Positions 7,958 through 17,455 of a stretch of 20,000 bases of DNA are shown here, in pieces (the stretch's first letter is position 1; each line of letters starts with the position of its first letter). The notes beneath the pieces are model-generated. The model was not told where the DNA came from. It made no database searches and worked only from the letters and a program-made list of their open reading frames with translations. The translations under genes were made by a program, and so were the position numbers. The DNA comes from an uncultured virus (IMG/VR IMGVR_UViG_3300013426_000032) (taxonomy: Duplodnaviria > Heunggongvirae > Uroviricota > Caudoviricetes). The stretch is from IMG/VR virus record IMGVR_UViG_3300013426_000032; one strand, written 5' to 3'.

Positions 7958-8815
7958 ATGCGTTATTCAATGTCAAGTGCAAGTATGGCACATACTTATG
8001 GAAATGTCACAACATTAGTAAACCAATGGTTGACTAGATTATTTCCTAAAAAATATTTCAAAACTAATTATGTTAATTCTACAATAGCATATAAGGATTT
8101 TGCTCAATATACTAGTAAACGAAGTGAATTTCTTAAGAAAAATAAACCAATGTTGGTTATGAGACCTAGAATAGAAACAGATACTTTAGATGATTTACCT
8201 ATAAATCAAACATATTTAGCTAATAGAATATATGATATGGCTAATGATGATATTGATACTGGTAATTTACAACAATTTTTCTATGATGAAGAAAATCATA
8301 GACAAATTCAATTCCTGATGACAGCATTAAGAATAAATTTTGATGTTACTTTAATAGTAGATACATTAATGGAACAACTAAATTTGTATCATTATTTTAA
8401 ACAAAGAGTTAGACAAGAATGGACTTCTGTAATGATTGCAGATTTAGAATCATTTATATCTAGAGATATAATGTATCTATTAGCAGTTGATGCTGGTTAC
8501 GAGGATGTATTTACAGATGGAAAACGTATGGGGGATTTTTTATCATATGTAAATTCCCATTCAATATATCCAGTTACAGTTAAATATAAAAATAGTTCGG
8601 GTAGACATGAATTTTTTAGATTTCATCCATGTCATTTGAATGTTACTATACAAAATTTAGCTATTGATGAAGGTAATAAAAAAGGTCAGATATATGATAG
8701 TTATAATATAACATTTTCTGTTAGATGTGATTTTATTACAGCTGGCTGTATTATTATATGTCTGATAATGATAATATATTTAATAATCAATTACCTTCTA
8801 ATGATGATTTATTAG
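7958..8815 (+). CDS. Virion structural protein (neck/tail-completion-like), N-terminal part of a frameshifted gene
   Basis: AAGGAGG RBS. PMLVMRPRIE ... INFDVTLIVDTLMEQLNL resembles tail-terminator/completion folds (weak). The last ~23 residues look out of frame. Confidence 0.6.
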   Translation: MRYSMSSASMAHTYGNVTTLVNQWLTRLFPKKYFKTNYVNSTIAYKDFAQYTSKRSEFLKKNKPMLVMRPRIETDTLDDLPINQTYLANRIYDMANDDIDTGNLQQFFYDEENHRQIQFLMTALRINFDVTLIVDTLMEQLNLYHYFKQRVRQEWTSVMIADLESFISRDIMYLLAVDAGYEDVFTDGKRMGDFLSYVNSHSIYPVTVKYKNSSGRHEFFRFHPCHLNVTIQNLAIDEGNKKGQIYDSYNITFSVRCDFITAGCIIICLIMIIYLIINYLLMMIY

Positions 8816-9222
8816 TAGATAGTATAGTACCAGTTATAACTCCACAACAATTATACAGTAATTCTAGAATACCCGAAGGTTGGAATTTATATACTGCTCC
8901 ATTATTTGATTTAAGTGATTATAATGGAAAACCACCATATGAATTAAGTTTTAAAGAATTCATAAATACTAGTTTAAATGAAGCAATTAAATATCATAGA
9001 AAGAATGGTATACCTCTGGATACTTTTATGAATATAGAAGTTCATAAAAATGATAGAATTATGGATGAAAAAAGAGGAGAATATAAAATTGATTGGGATA
9101 ATTTAAAAATATTAATTTATAATTGTAATACACATCAAGACTATAGATTAATAATAACTGTATTTACTAAATATTTGAATGATTTGTTAGATGATATTAT
9201 TCATTATTCAGATGAGAAATAA
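8758..9222 (+). CDS. C-terminal part of the same structural gene (-1 frame)
   Basis: No RBS before ATG8758; frame is open from 8731 and overlaps the preceding ORF. Confidence 0.6.
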   Translation: MSDNDNIFNNQLPSNDDLLVDSIVPVITPQQLYSNSRIPEGWNLYTAPLFDLSDYNGKPPYELSFKEFINTSLNEAIKYHRKNGIPLDTFMNIEVHKNDRIMDEKRGEYKIDWDNLKILIYNCNTHQDYRLIITVFTKYLNDLLDDIIHYSDEK

Positions 9223-9236
9223 GGAGGTGAATTTAT

Positions 9237-12155
9237 ATGGATATAAGTTATGCAAAAGCAAATACTTCCAAATTATCACATAATGATCTGATTAAAATGA
9301 TAATAGATTTGATATTACAAAATATAAATGATGTTGAAAATTTTAATAGTTCTAAAGTATATAGAATAGGCGATTTAATATATTTAGAACAAAATAATGA
9401 TCATTATGTATATGAATGTATAGTTAATAATACAACAGGTTCTTTTAATTCTAATAATTGGGTTCCGATATGTAAAATGTACAATGGTCCAACATTAACA
9501 TTTAATACTATCAGAATACGAGAAGAAGTATATATTCCGACTAGTTCGGTTAGTAACTATACTATAAAATTAGATTTTGATACAAATCAAACTTCAGTTG
9601 CAATATATAGAGGAATGACTCGTTTTGCTAGAGGGTATGATTTTGAAATAAAAGGTAAAGATATAACATTTACTAAACCATTAACTGCAAATCAAAGAAT
9701 AATAATAGAACTTAGAGAAAGATTAGGTATAATAGCAAACATAATAATTGGTATTGTGTTATATGATAAAGACGATAATCCTTATAATGTAATAATAACA
9801 GATACAGGAATTGTTCAAGTAATGAGAATAACTCAAAAAGATCCTATACGAGATATTAAACGAGCTAAATTGATATATGGTGATACACGATATTATTTAA
9901 TGGTCGATAATAGTAAAACAAAGCCCGTATTAGGTTTATTTGAAGATTTTAGAAAATATCTACAATCTAGAGATGGTAAAGTATATAGTATACATCTTTC
10001 AGAAAACGATTTTTTAAGTATAAAATATGAACCTGATATTGAAGAAGGGGTTAAATATATAATGGGATCCGATAAAGTATTTTATGAATTTGATATAACA
10101 GAATCTTCTATAGCTCCTATTCGTATGACTAATACATCATTATTAGTTAAAGATCATAATATTGGATTTACATTAAAATCTGATGATTATAAGGATAAAA
10201 TGTTAGATGTTAATAATGGAATGATACGATTTGTTGATTATTTACCTAATACACCATACAATAACGTACGATTAAAATCTAAACTAAATAATGTTATATA
10301 TAATTTAAACGTAGATGATAATTTAATGATGTATTTATCAAATACAATGGATTCTGCTAAAACATATAGTGATATATATGATGATTTATATTTTTATAAT
10401 CAAGAATTGGATAATTGGAAATTGTATATAGGAGATAGAAATAATTTAACATATCAATCATGTGATGAAGTTGTTGTTAGAGATTCTAGAGGAATAAATC
10501 TAATAAGTAATGGGGGAATATTATGTAAATTTATATTACATGATAATAATGAAGTTGAAGTAATAGAATTCATAGATTTATCTAGACGAGGAACATTTTC
10601 CGCCCCTTTAGAATACGGGTTAGTATATAGTAATTTAAATATGATAACTGTTGATTCTAATAATGTAGGATTAACTATAGGTAATAAACCTTCAGATATA
10701 ACATTTATATATAAAAATCATTATATATTAGGTTCAGATAATAAAGTATATCAATTAGTTCCTAGTGGGTATAGTGTTAATATTGTTGAATGTAATGAAA
10801 ATGATTTTGTTGTTGAAAATAAAAAACAGAAAATGGTTGTTAAAAACAAAGAAATGATTAATATAATTGATATTAATAATAATGTAGTTAATATTAAACC
10901 TGTATCTACTATAACGCATAGAATAAAATCTACAAACGGTAATAAATATTTATTAGATGTTACAGGAAATAGAGGTAATGAATCAATAACATTAAATCAG
11001 ATATCATCTTCTCATGAATACTATGATTTAGGTGCAGGTTATTTATATCTTAAAAATAATAATGGTGAATATTATATAGGAAAAATATCTAATGGTAATC
11101 TGATATTTGAAAAAACTGAAGCTGATAAACTGATATTATATAATATCAGTTCATTATTATATTCATCTAAAGGTTGGTATAATATAAAATTAAACGGAAC
11201 GAGCGTTGTGTTAGAAAAAATATTTAATAATATTTATAATAAAGCATTATCTTATACTATAAGCCGAGATTTTGTTATGGAATCTGAAAATAAAGTTAAA
11301 TTTTCATTATCAGCAAATGGTAATGGTGATATAGTTACTAAAAAAATAACTAACATAAATGATAAATATATATTATTGCGTAGTAGTGACGATAATATAT
11401 ATTCTTTAGGTGTTAAAGATAATCAAGTTGTAACATATCGTTCATATATGGAAAAAGATGTTAAAATAGATAAAGTGGTATATTTAAAAGATGCTGTTAC
11501 TAGAAAATATTATATGTTATATATGGATAATGATATATTACAAATAGATGCTATAACAACCGCTCCTACTAATGCCAAAACAGAATTATTTATATATAAT
11601 AATTATGATGATGAATTTATTTTAATAATGATAAATGGTAAATTAGTTTTAGTTAAAGATATTATTGATAAAATTACAGATAAAAATGGAAATATGTATT
11701 CTATTTCAATAGATAATAATGAACTTAAATTTACTTCTTATACTGGAAGTTCTACTAATTTAACTATCGGTCCATTGAAATTACATGATATGGTTACTAA
11801 TGTTAATTATAAATGTTATGTAAATGGAAATAATGTTGAATTAGAAAATGTAACTGATGAATTTGAATCTCCAACCCAAGCAATACGTACAAGTGATGGA
11901 AATATTTATATATTAAGTTTATTTGAAAATAAGATATCTTTATCCATGATAAATGCTTCTAGTTCTTTATTAAAAGCTAGAGCGATTAGAAATAATAATA
12001 GTGTAATATTAGAAAATTATATACCTATGCGATTATACAATAATATAATGAATACTCAAAGTAGTATTATGTATAACAATAATAATATTATTTTTGAAGA
12101 TAATAAACTTAAATTAGTTGATGTAGATAATATTACTTCTGTTTATAAATTATAA
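9237..12155 (+). CDS. Putative tail fibre/virion appendage protein with ~20 degenerate beta-repeats
   Basis: AGGAGGTGA RBS. N-terminal CBM5/12-like (Y..GD.IY...YEC...W) and small beta-sandwich modules, then repeats of L-x-S-x-D/N-G-x-x-Y-x-L-x-V-x-N-G-x-L. Confidence 0.65.
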   Translation: MDISYAKANTSKLSHNDLIKMIIDLILQNINDVENFNSSKVYRIGDLIYLEQNNDHYVYECIVNNTTGSFNSNNWVPICKMYNGPTLTFNTIRIREEVYIPTSSVSNYTIKLDFDTNQTSVAIYRGMTRFARGYDFEIKGKDITFTKPLTANQRIIIELRERLGIIANIIIGIVLYDKDDNPYNVIITDTGIVQVMRITQKDPIRDIKRAKLIYGDTRYYLMVDNSKTKPVLGLFEDFRKYLQSRDGKVYSIHLSENDFLSIKYEPDIEEGVKYIMGSDKVFYEFDITESSIAPIRMTNTSLLVKDHNIGFTLKSDDYKDKMLDVNNGMIRFVDYLPNTPYNNVRLKSKLNNVIYNLNVDDNLMMYLSNTMDSAKTYSDIYDDLYFYNQELDNWKLYIGDRNNLTYQSCDEVVVRDSRGINLISNGGILCKFILHDNNEVEVIEFIDLSRRGTFSAPLEYGLVYSNLNMITVDSNNVGLTIGNKPSDITFIYKNHYILGSDNKVYQLVPSGYSVNIVECNENDFVVENKKQKMVVKNKEMINIIDINNNVVNIKPVSTITHRIKSTNGNKYLLDVTGNRGNESITLNQISSSHEYYDLGAGYLYLKNNNGEYYIGKISNGNLIFEKTEADKLILYNISSLLYSSKGWYNIKLNGTSVVLEKIFNNIYNKALSYTISRDFVMESENKVKFSLSANGNGDIVTKKITNINDKYILLRSSDDNIYSLGVKDNQVVTYRSYMEKDVKIDKVVYLKDAVTRKYYMLYMDNDILQIDAITTAPTNAKTELFIYNNYDDEFILIMINGKLVLVKDIIDKITDKNGNMYSISIDNNELKFTSYTGSSTNLTIGPLKLHDMVTNVNYKCYVNGNNVELENVTDEFESPTQAIRTSDGNIYILSLFENKISLSMINASSSLLKARAIRNNNSVILENYIPMRLYNNIMNTQSSIMYNNNNIIFEDNKLKLVDVDNITSVYKL

Positions 12156-12169
12156 AGGAGGCTAAGGAT

Positions 12170-13357
12170 ATGTATAATATAGACGATATTTTAGATAATC
12201 GTGATAATATAATAGAATCAATGAGTTATTTTAATCCATTAATAATAGAAGAACATAATGCTATTGTTACTGAAGGTATAATAGGCAATATAGCGGAAAC
12301 TATACGAAAATTATTTGAAATGATTCGTGGTTGGATAGGTAAATTAATCGATTTTGTTGCAAGTAAATTTAGTAGAAGAAAAAAAAATAAAAAATCTTCT
12401 TCTGATGATAAATCAACAAAAACAAAGAAAAATAATAATCAATCTGATGATAATGGAAATAATGGTTTATCTGATGCTTTTTATGATGCAGTTGAAAAAG
12501 AAAATGTTAAAAAACTTAGAATAATGCTAAAAGATGCATTATTAACAGATTTATCATTTAAGACTTATGATAATATGACCAGAATAGCTCATAGAATAAA
12601 AGGTTTATATGATGAAGATAATAAAGAAGGTTATGATAGAAATGAGGAACATTGGGATAAATCGTATATGGATAAAGTTTTAAGTATGTTAATAAAAGAT
12701 GGATATTTTTCTAAAAGAAGAATCGCTCATGCCAAATTAGTAATTAAACATGTATACTCAAAAGATAAAAGTTCTTTTACAAAGGAATTAGCTAAACGAG
12801 AAAAAAAACAACAAGATGCATTAAAAAATCATCCTAATAGTAAAAAAATGGATGAGATTTTAAAAGATGATGGTCCTGTTAAAAGCTTAAAAATGTTTAA
12901 ATTACCAACATTAAAAGATGCTAAAAAAGCTATTTCTGATATAAAACGAGAATGTGAAACAGCATTAAAACAAAAAGACCCAGGTAGTTATGCTTCTAAA
13001 GATGAACAAGCGATACGTAAATTCTTTGTTATCGGTAGTGAAAAAGAAATATCTCATAGTAAATTAATAAAAGATAGTGTTTATCTATCATATACTGATG
13101 AAGGTGGAAAAATTTGTGTTGATCAACTTAGAGCATATAAAAAAGCATTGGAAAATGAATATACTCATTTACACAATGCAGCAGTTAAAGAAACTAATCA
13201 AGAGAAAGCACAAGCTTTAGTAAAAAAAGCAAAAGGAATAAATATGATGACCCAAAAAACAATGGGTATAGCAATAAAATGTTTTCTACATTATTCAGAT
13301 GTAGTAACAAAAGCCATGGAGCAAGCAAAATTAATGATAGAGATAGGAGTGAATTAA
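12170..13357 (+). CDS. Putative internal head protein, paralogue 1 (with inserted helical domain)
   Basis: Shared leader IIESMSYFNPLIIEEHN..VTEG and C-terminal module KLPxLKDAKKA...CVDQLR...MTQ. Confidence 0.65.
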   Translation: MYNIDDILDNRDNIIESMSYFNPLIIEEHNAIVTEGIIGNIAETIRKLFEMIRGWIGKLIDFVASKFSRRKKNKKSSSDDKSTKTKKNNNQSDDNGNNGLSDAFYDAVEKENVKKLRIMLKDALLTDLSFKTYDNMTRIAHRIKGLYDEDNKEGYDRNEEHWDKSYMDKVLSMLIKDGYFSKRRIAHAKLVIKHVYSKDKSSFTKELAKREKKQQDALKNHPNSKKMDEILKDDGPVKSLKMFKLPTLKDAKKAISDIKRECETALKQKDPGSYASKDEQAIRKFFVIGSEKEISHSKLIKDSVYLSYTDEGGKICVDQLRAYKKALENEYTHLHNAAVKETNQEKAQALVKKAKGINMMTQKTMGIAIKCFLHYSDVVTKAMEQAKLMIEIGVN

Positions 13358-13358
13358 C

Positions 13359-14585
13359 ATGAATAATATAAATAACATATTATTAGAAAGAGATTGTATT
13401 ATCGATTCAATGAGTTATTTTAATCCATTGATTATAGAAGAACATAATGTTGTCGTTACTGAAGGCATTGTCGGGGGTATAGTAGAAAAATTAAAAGCTT
13501 TATATGAAATGATAAAAGGATGGATAAAAAAACTTATCGATTTCATTGCAAGTAAATTTAGTAGAGGTAAAAAAGGCGGAAAAGTTAGTACTAGTAACGA
13601 TAGTGTTGAACGAGCTAAGGAAGCAAATAAAAATGCTGGAGACACATTAAATGATTTACAAGAAAAAACAAAACAACTAGAAAAAGAAAAAGATGAATTG
13701 AAAAAATTGAATGATACTATATCTAAAAAAACAGAGCAAGTATCTAAAAAAGCAAAAGAAGTATCTAAAAAAGCAGAAGTTATTAAGAAAAAGAAAGAAG
13801 ACGAGCAAAAAAAGAAAGAAATGTTACAAGAAATAGAAAAAGAAAAAGAAAGATTAAGAAATAATATAACAGAATGTAAAAATGATATAGAAAAAATTAA
13901 AAAGAGAATGGGAAGTTTACCAAAAAGAATAAAAGAACAAGAAAATAAAATAGCTAAATTAAAAAATAATGAAATAGGATATGATGTTAAACGTCTTAAA
14001 GTTCCAGATTTAAAAAATGCAAAAAGTGCTATAAATGATATAATGAATGATTGTAAAAAAGCTATAATGACTGATAATCCTTATGAAAGTTTTAGAGGAA
14101 AAACAATAAAAATGTATTTTCTTAAAAGTAATAGAGAATTAGATATGTTATTGAGAGATTTTTTACAAAATAAAGATTTTGCTTCTTACAATTATGATGC
14201 AGGTCAAGACTGTGTCGATCAATTAAGAAAATACGAAAAAAGTGTGGATGCAACATATAATGCTTTACAACAGAGAGCGACTCATATATCAGTGGCAAAT
14301 AAAAATGAAGCAGATAAAATATTAAATAAAGCTAAAGGAGTTAATCAAATAACACAACAAGTATTAAAAGGAGCAGTAACAATGTTATCTGGTTATGTTG
14401 ATAGAATAGGTAGTTTAAGATCAAAATATAGCGTAGATACACGTAACAATGCTTCCGTATTAAGATCAGAAGAAGCTAAATTACAAGATATGAAAGAAGA
14501 TTACATGGAGCTATATAAAGAACAAATAGCACATGCAACACAAAGAATTAAAGATTGTGAAACAGAATTAAATGGTTTATCATAA
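13359..14585 (+). CDS. Putative internal head protein, paralogue 2 (coiled-coil insert and extension)
   Basis: Same N- and C-terminal modules; K/E-rich heptad region between them; AGGAG RBS. Confidence 0.65.
   Translation: MNNINNILLERDCIIDSMSYFNPLIIEEHNVVVTEGIVGGIVEKLKALYEMIKGWIKKLIDFIASKFSRGKKGGKVSTSNDSVERAKEANKNAGDTLNDLQEKTKQLEKEKDELKKLNDTISKKTEQVSKKAKEVSKKAEVIKKKKEDEQKKKEMLQEIEKEKERLRNNITECKNDIEKIKKRMGSLPKRIKEQENKIAKLKNNEIGYDVKRLKVPDLKNAKSAINDIMNDCKKAIMTDNPYESFRGKTIKMYFLKSNRELDMLLRDFLQNKDFASYNYDAGQDCVDQLRKYEKSVDATYNALQQRATHISVANKNEADKILNKAKGVNQITQQVLKGAVTMLSGYVDRIGSLRSKYSVDTRNNASVLRSEEAKLQDMKEDYMELYKEQIAHATQRIKDCETELNGLS
13719..13781 (+). repeat. Three tandem 21-nt (7-codon) repeats
   Basis: ATATCTAAAAAAACAGAGCAA / GTATCTAAAAAAGCAAAAGAA / GTATCTAAAAAAGCAGAAGTT, encoding ISKKTEQ VSKKAKE VSKKAEV. 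Confidence 0.75.
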
Positions 14586-14611
14586 AGAAAGCAAAAAAAG
14601 ATAATAATAAG

Positions 14612-14623
14612 AACAATTTAATA
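14612..14623 (+). promoter_or_regulatory. Late-type promoter AACA-N6-TA
   Basis: AACA-atttaa-TA(AG). Confidence 0.7.
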
Positions 14624-14660
14624 AGATTATTAATAAAATAAAGGAGGTTGGAGATATATC

Positions 14661-15428
14661 ATGGCAAATATAAAAGATATATTCAATGAAAAAGATATCA
14701 TAATAGAATCAATGAGTTATTTTAATCCATTGATTCTAGAAGAACATAATGTTGTTGTTACTGAAGGTGTTGTTGGAGGTATAGTAGAAAAATTAAAAGC
14801 TTTATATGAAATGATAAAAGGATGGCTTAGTAAATTAATAAGTTTTGTTGCTGATAAATTTAGTGGTAAAGGTAGAAAGAAATCATCTTCAGATTCATCT
14901 ACAACAAATAGTGAAAAAAAAGCAGAATCGGGATCTAGTAAAACGAAAACAACTTCGGATGCTGATAATGTAGTTAAATTACCAAAATTAAAAGATGCTA
15001 AAAAAGCAGTAGCTTCTTTAATAAAAGATTGTCAAAATGCATTAAGAGCAAATAAACCTGATGAATATTTTGATGCTGATCCTAAATCATACTTTTTAGA
15101 TGGTAATCAAGAACAAAAAATAACATTAAAAGAATTAGCTAAAAATCCTATATATGGTTCTTATAGTGAAGAAGTTGGTAAAGATTGTTTAGATAAATTA
15201 AGAAGTTATCAAAAAAGCTTAGAAGATTCATATAAAGAAATGCAAAGAAATATTGAAAGATTTAAAGATGCTAATAAAGAACAAACAGATAAAATAATAG
15301 TTAGAGCTAAAAGTACAAATAAGATGACACAAAGAGTTTTAGGTACAGGAGTAAAAACATTAGCAGTTTTAGTAAATAAAATTTCATTAGCTGTAGGTAG
15401 AGCTAAGAGAGTAACTAGAAATGACTAA
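14661..15428 (+). CDS. Putative internal head protein, paralogue 3 (minimal form)
   Basis: Same N- and C-terminal modules joined only by an S/T/K linker; AAGGAGG RBS. Confidence 0.65.
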   Translation: MANIKDIFNEKDIIIESMSYFNPLILEEHNVVVTEGVVGGIVEKLKALYEMIKGWLSKLISFVADKFSGKGRKKSSSDSSTTNSEKKAESGSSKTKTTSDADNVVKLPKLKDAKKAVASLIKDCQNALRANKPDEYFDADPKSYFLDGNQEQKITLKELAKNPIYGSYSEEVGKDCLDKLRSYQKSLEDSYKEMQRNIERFKDANKEQTDKIIVRAKSTNKMTQRVLGTGVKTLAVLVNKISLAVGRAKRVTRND

Positions 15429-15458
15429 AAGAAATTTCTATAATACAAATATTATTTT

Positions 15459-15495
15459 TAGAATCATTGGGTTATATTAACCCAATGGTTTTAAA
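15459..15495 (+). terminator. Intergenic hairpin (terminator/attenuator or stability element)
   Basis: TAGAATCATTGGGTTA-tat-TAACCCAATGGTTTTA (G-U pairs allowed), short T-run. Confidence 0.6.
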
Positions 15496-15514
15496 TATAA
15501 AGGAGGATTTGTAG

Positions 15515-16438
15515 ATGACTAATATAAATGATTTAATTATTGAAAAAAATTTAATAATGGAATCTATAGCATATAATTATTTTGACCCATTAGATTATCT
15601 TTGTGAATCAATAGATATATTATTAGAAGAAGATAATAATGATAATAAAAATGCTAATGCAAATAATGATAAAGATAATTTAAAAGAAAATGATAAGCGA
15701 TTTAATTTTGATGCTAAAAAAGCTATAGCTGATATGATTAGAATATTAATACAATGGTTTACTAGACTTAAAGATGCAATGAGTGCTTTTTTTAAAGGAT
15801 TTAGAAATTTAAATCACAAAAAATTAATAAAAGAAATATTTGTCGATCCAAATAAACATAAAAAGAAAATAAAAGTGTATAATTATATAAATATGCGAAA
15901 TGGTGTGGCTAATGCTAATGAATTAATAAGTAAAGCTACTGGTATATTAAATAATAGTATAAAAGCTAAGAATCCAAGTATGGATGATTATAAACAACAA
16001 GTAATACGAGCTTTTGATATAGATTCTCTTGGAGGTGGAGCTCTTAAAGCTAGAACATATGCTTGTTTTATTAAAAAAAATGAAAAGATAAAAATAACTA
16101 TAGGGCAATTAAACGAGCAAATAGTATCTAGTTATTTATTAGGTGCTAATGATACTGTTAATAACATAGAAAGATGGAAGAATGATCTTAGATCTACTAT
16201 GCAAAAAACGGATATGGATATTTATCAACAATTTAGAGCAGGACAAATGGATCAAAAAACATCTAGACAATTTACTAGTTTATTAAAAACACATACAGGA
16301 ATAGTAGAAAAAATATGTGTATATTCAATGAAATGTATTAAAAAAGCATATAGTGATTTTAATAAAATAGTTACTAAAGGTAATGGTACTACAGAAAATA
16401 TAGAAAATAAAGAAAACGGTGATGATAATGAAAAATAA
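15515..16438 (+). CDS. Putative internal head protein, distant paralogue
   Basis: Leader MTNINDLIIEKNLIMESIAYNYFDPL..LCES..LLEE, then an amphipathic helix with W (MIRILIQWF) as in paralogues 1-3. Confidence 0.6.
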   Translation: MTNINDLIIEKNLIMESIAYNYFDPLDYLCESIDILLEEDNNDNKNANANNDKDNLKENDKRFNFDAKKAIADMIRILIQWFTRLKDAMSAFFKGFRNLNHKKLIKEIFVDPNKHKKKIKVYNYINMRNGVANANELISKATGILNNSIKAKNPSMDDYKQQVIRAFDIDSLGGGALKARTYACFIKKNEKIKITIGQLNEQIVSSYLLGANDTVNNIERWKNDLRSTMQKTDMDIYQQFRAGQMDQKTSRQFTSLLKTHTGIVEKICVYSMKCIKKAYSDFNKIVTKGNGTTENIENKENGDDNEK

Positions 16439-16880
16439 TTTTAATGATAGAGTAAATTATATTATGGAATCTATATGTTATTTTGAAGAATTTCAATATG
16501 ATAATGAAAGAGTACGAAAAGATTATGAATTTGAAGAATTATTAGATTTTATAGATAATATATCTAAAAAAGATAGAGAATATCTTGCTATAGATTATAA
16601 ATTAGATGATTGTAAAATGAATAATTTTGTGATGATTAAATATGAAGGTTCTATTATAGGATTTTTATATAAAGATAAAAATCTATTGGATATGTTATAT
16701 ATAGATCCTAAGTATAGAAATAAAGGTATATGTAATAAGTTATTAAAACAATTTTGTAAACCTGGAGATTTAGCTAAAACAAAGACAAATAATAAAATTA
16801 TGGCTAATATATTACAAAAACATAATTGGAGAACAATAAATAAAAATTCAGAAACATTAACATGGAAAAATAAGGGGTGA
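16428..16880 (+). CDS. GNAT-family N-acetyltransferase with head-protein-like leader
   Basis: IIGFL...LYIDPKYRNKGICNKLL (acetyl-CoA-binding motif A) and N..M...L.KHNW (motif B). Start ATG16428 after GGTGA. Confidence 0.85.
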   Translation: MKNNFNDRVNYIMESICYFEEFQYDNERVRKDYEFEELLDFIDNISKKDREYLAIDYKLDDCKMNNFVMIKYEGSIIGFLYKDKNLLDMLYIDPKYRNKGICNKLLKQFCKPGDLAKTKTNNKIMANILQKHNWRTINKNSETLTWKNKG

Positions 16881-16885
16881 TTTAT

Positions 16886-17416
16886 ATGAGTTCTATAGAA
16901 TATATAAAAAAAGCTTTATATAAATTAGATAATGATAATCTAATAACCTTCTTATTAGATGTTATTACATGCGGAGGTATAGAAGAAGTTACTGATTATA
17001 GTTCGACTAAACAATACAAAAAAGATGAAAAAGTATATAAACAAGATGATGATGGTACACATCATATATACGTAGCTACAGTTGATAAACCTAAAATTGG
17101 TACAATATTATCTAGTGAATGGGTTGATTTATTACAATCTTTTAGAAGACCAATAATAAATGCTACTGATGTCATTTCTACTTGTGAAATGATAGAAGAA
17201 ACCATTTTATGTACAATGTCAAATCAAACTCAATTTACGATAACAACTCCTAGTGTTGAGAATAAAATATATACAATAAATGTATATCATCCAACAAAAG
17301 GTAGGTTAGCTCAAACTGATTGGACATTAAGTGGTAGAATTATAAAACTTAATTCTGAATATGCTGTGCCCAATATAGGTGATAAACTAATAATAGATTT
17401 ATTAAAGAAAAATTAA
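16886..17416 (+). CDS. Structural protein homologous to the N-terminal ~160 aa of the 972-aa fibre
   Basis: KLDNDNLI/KLSHNDLI, HHIY/HYVY, SEWV/NNWV, IEET/REEV, DWTLSGR/DFEIKGK, KLIIDL/RIIIEL; GGGGTGA RBS. Confidence 0.7.
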   Translation: MSSIEYIKKALYKLDNDNLITFLLDVITCGGIEEVTDYSSTKQYKKDEKVYKQDDDGTHHIYVATVDKPKIGTILSSEWVDLLQSFRRPIINATDVISTCEMIEETILCTMSNQTQFTITTPSVENKIYTINVYHPTKGRLAQTDWTLSGRIIKLNSEYAVPNIGDKLIIDLLKKN

Positions 17417-17448
17417 GGATATATGAGTTTCTCAAATATCTTTTTTTT
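17415..17448 (+). terminator. Intrinsic terminator ending the late operon
   Basis: AAGGATAT(A)TGAG-ttt-CTCA(A)ATATCTTT plus T-run. Confidence 0.65.
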
Positions 17449-17455
17449 ATCGTTC

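Noticed and set aside
12218..14731. CRISPR-like or DGR-like repeats
   Set aside because: The repeats are in-frame coding segments of paralogues more than 1 kb apart; no spacer periodicity, adenine-specific variation or reverse transcriptase seen.
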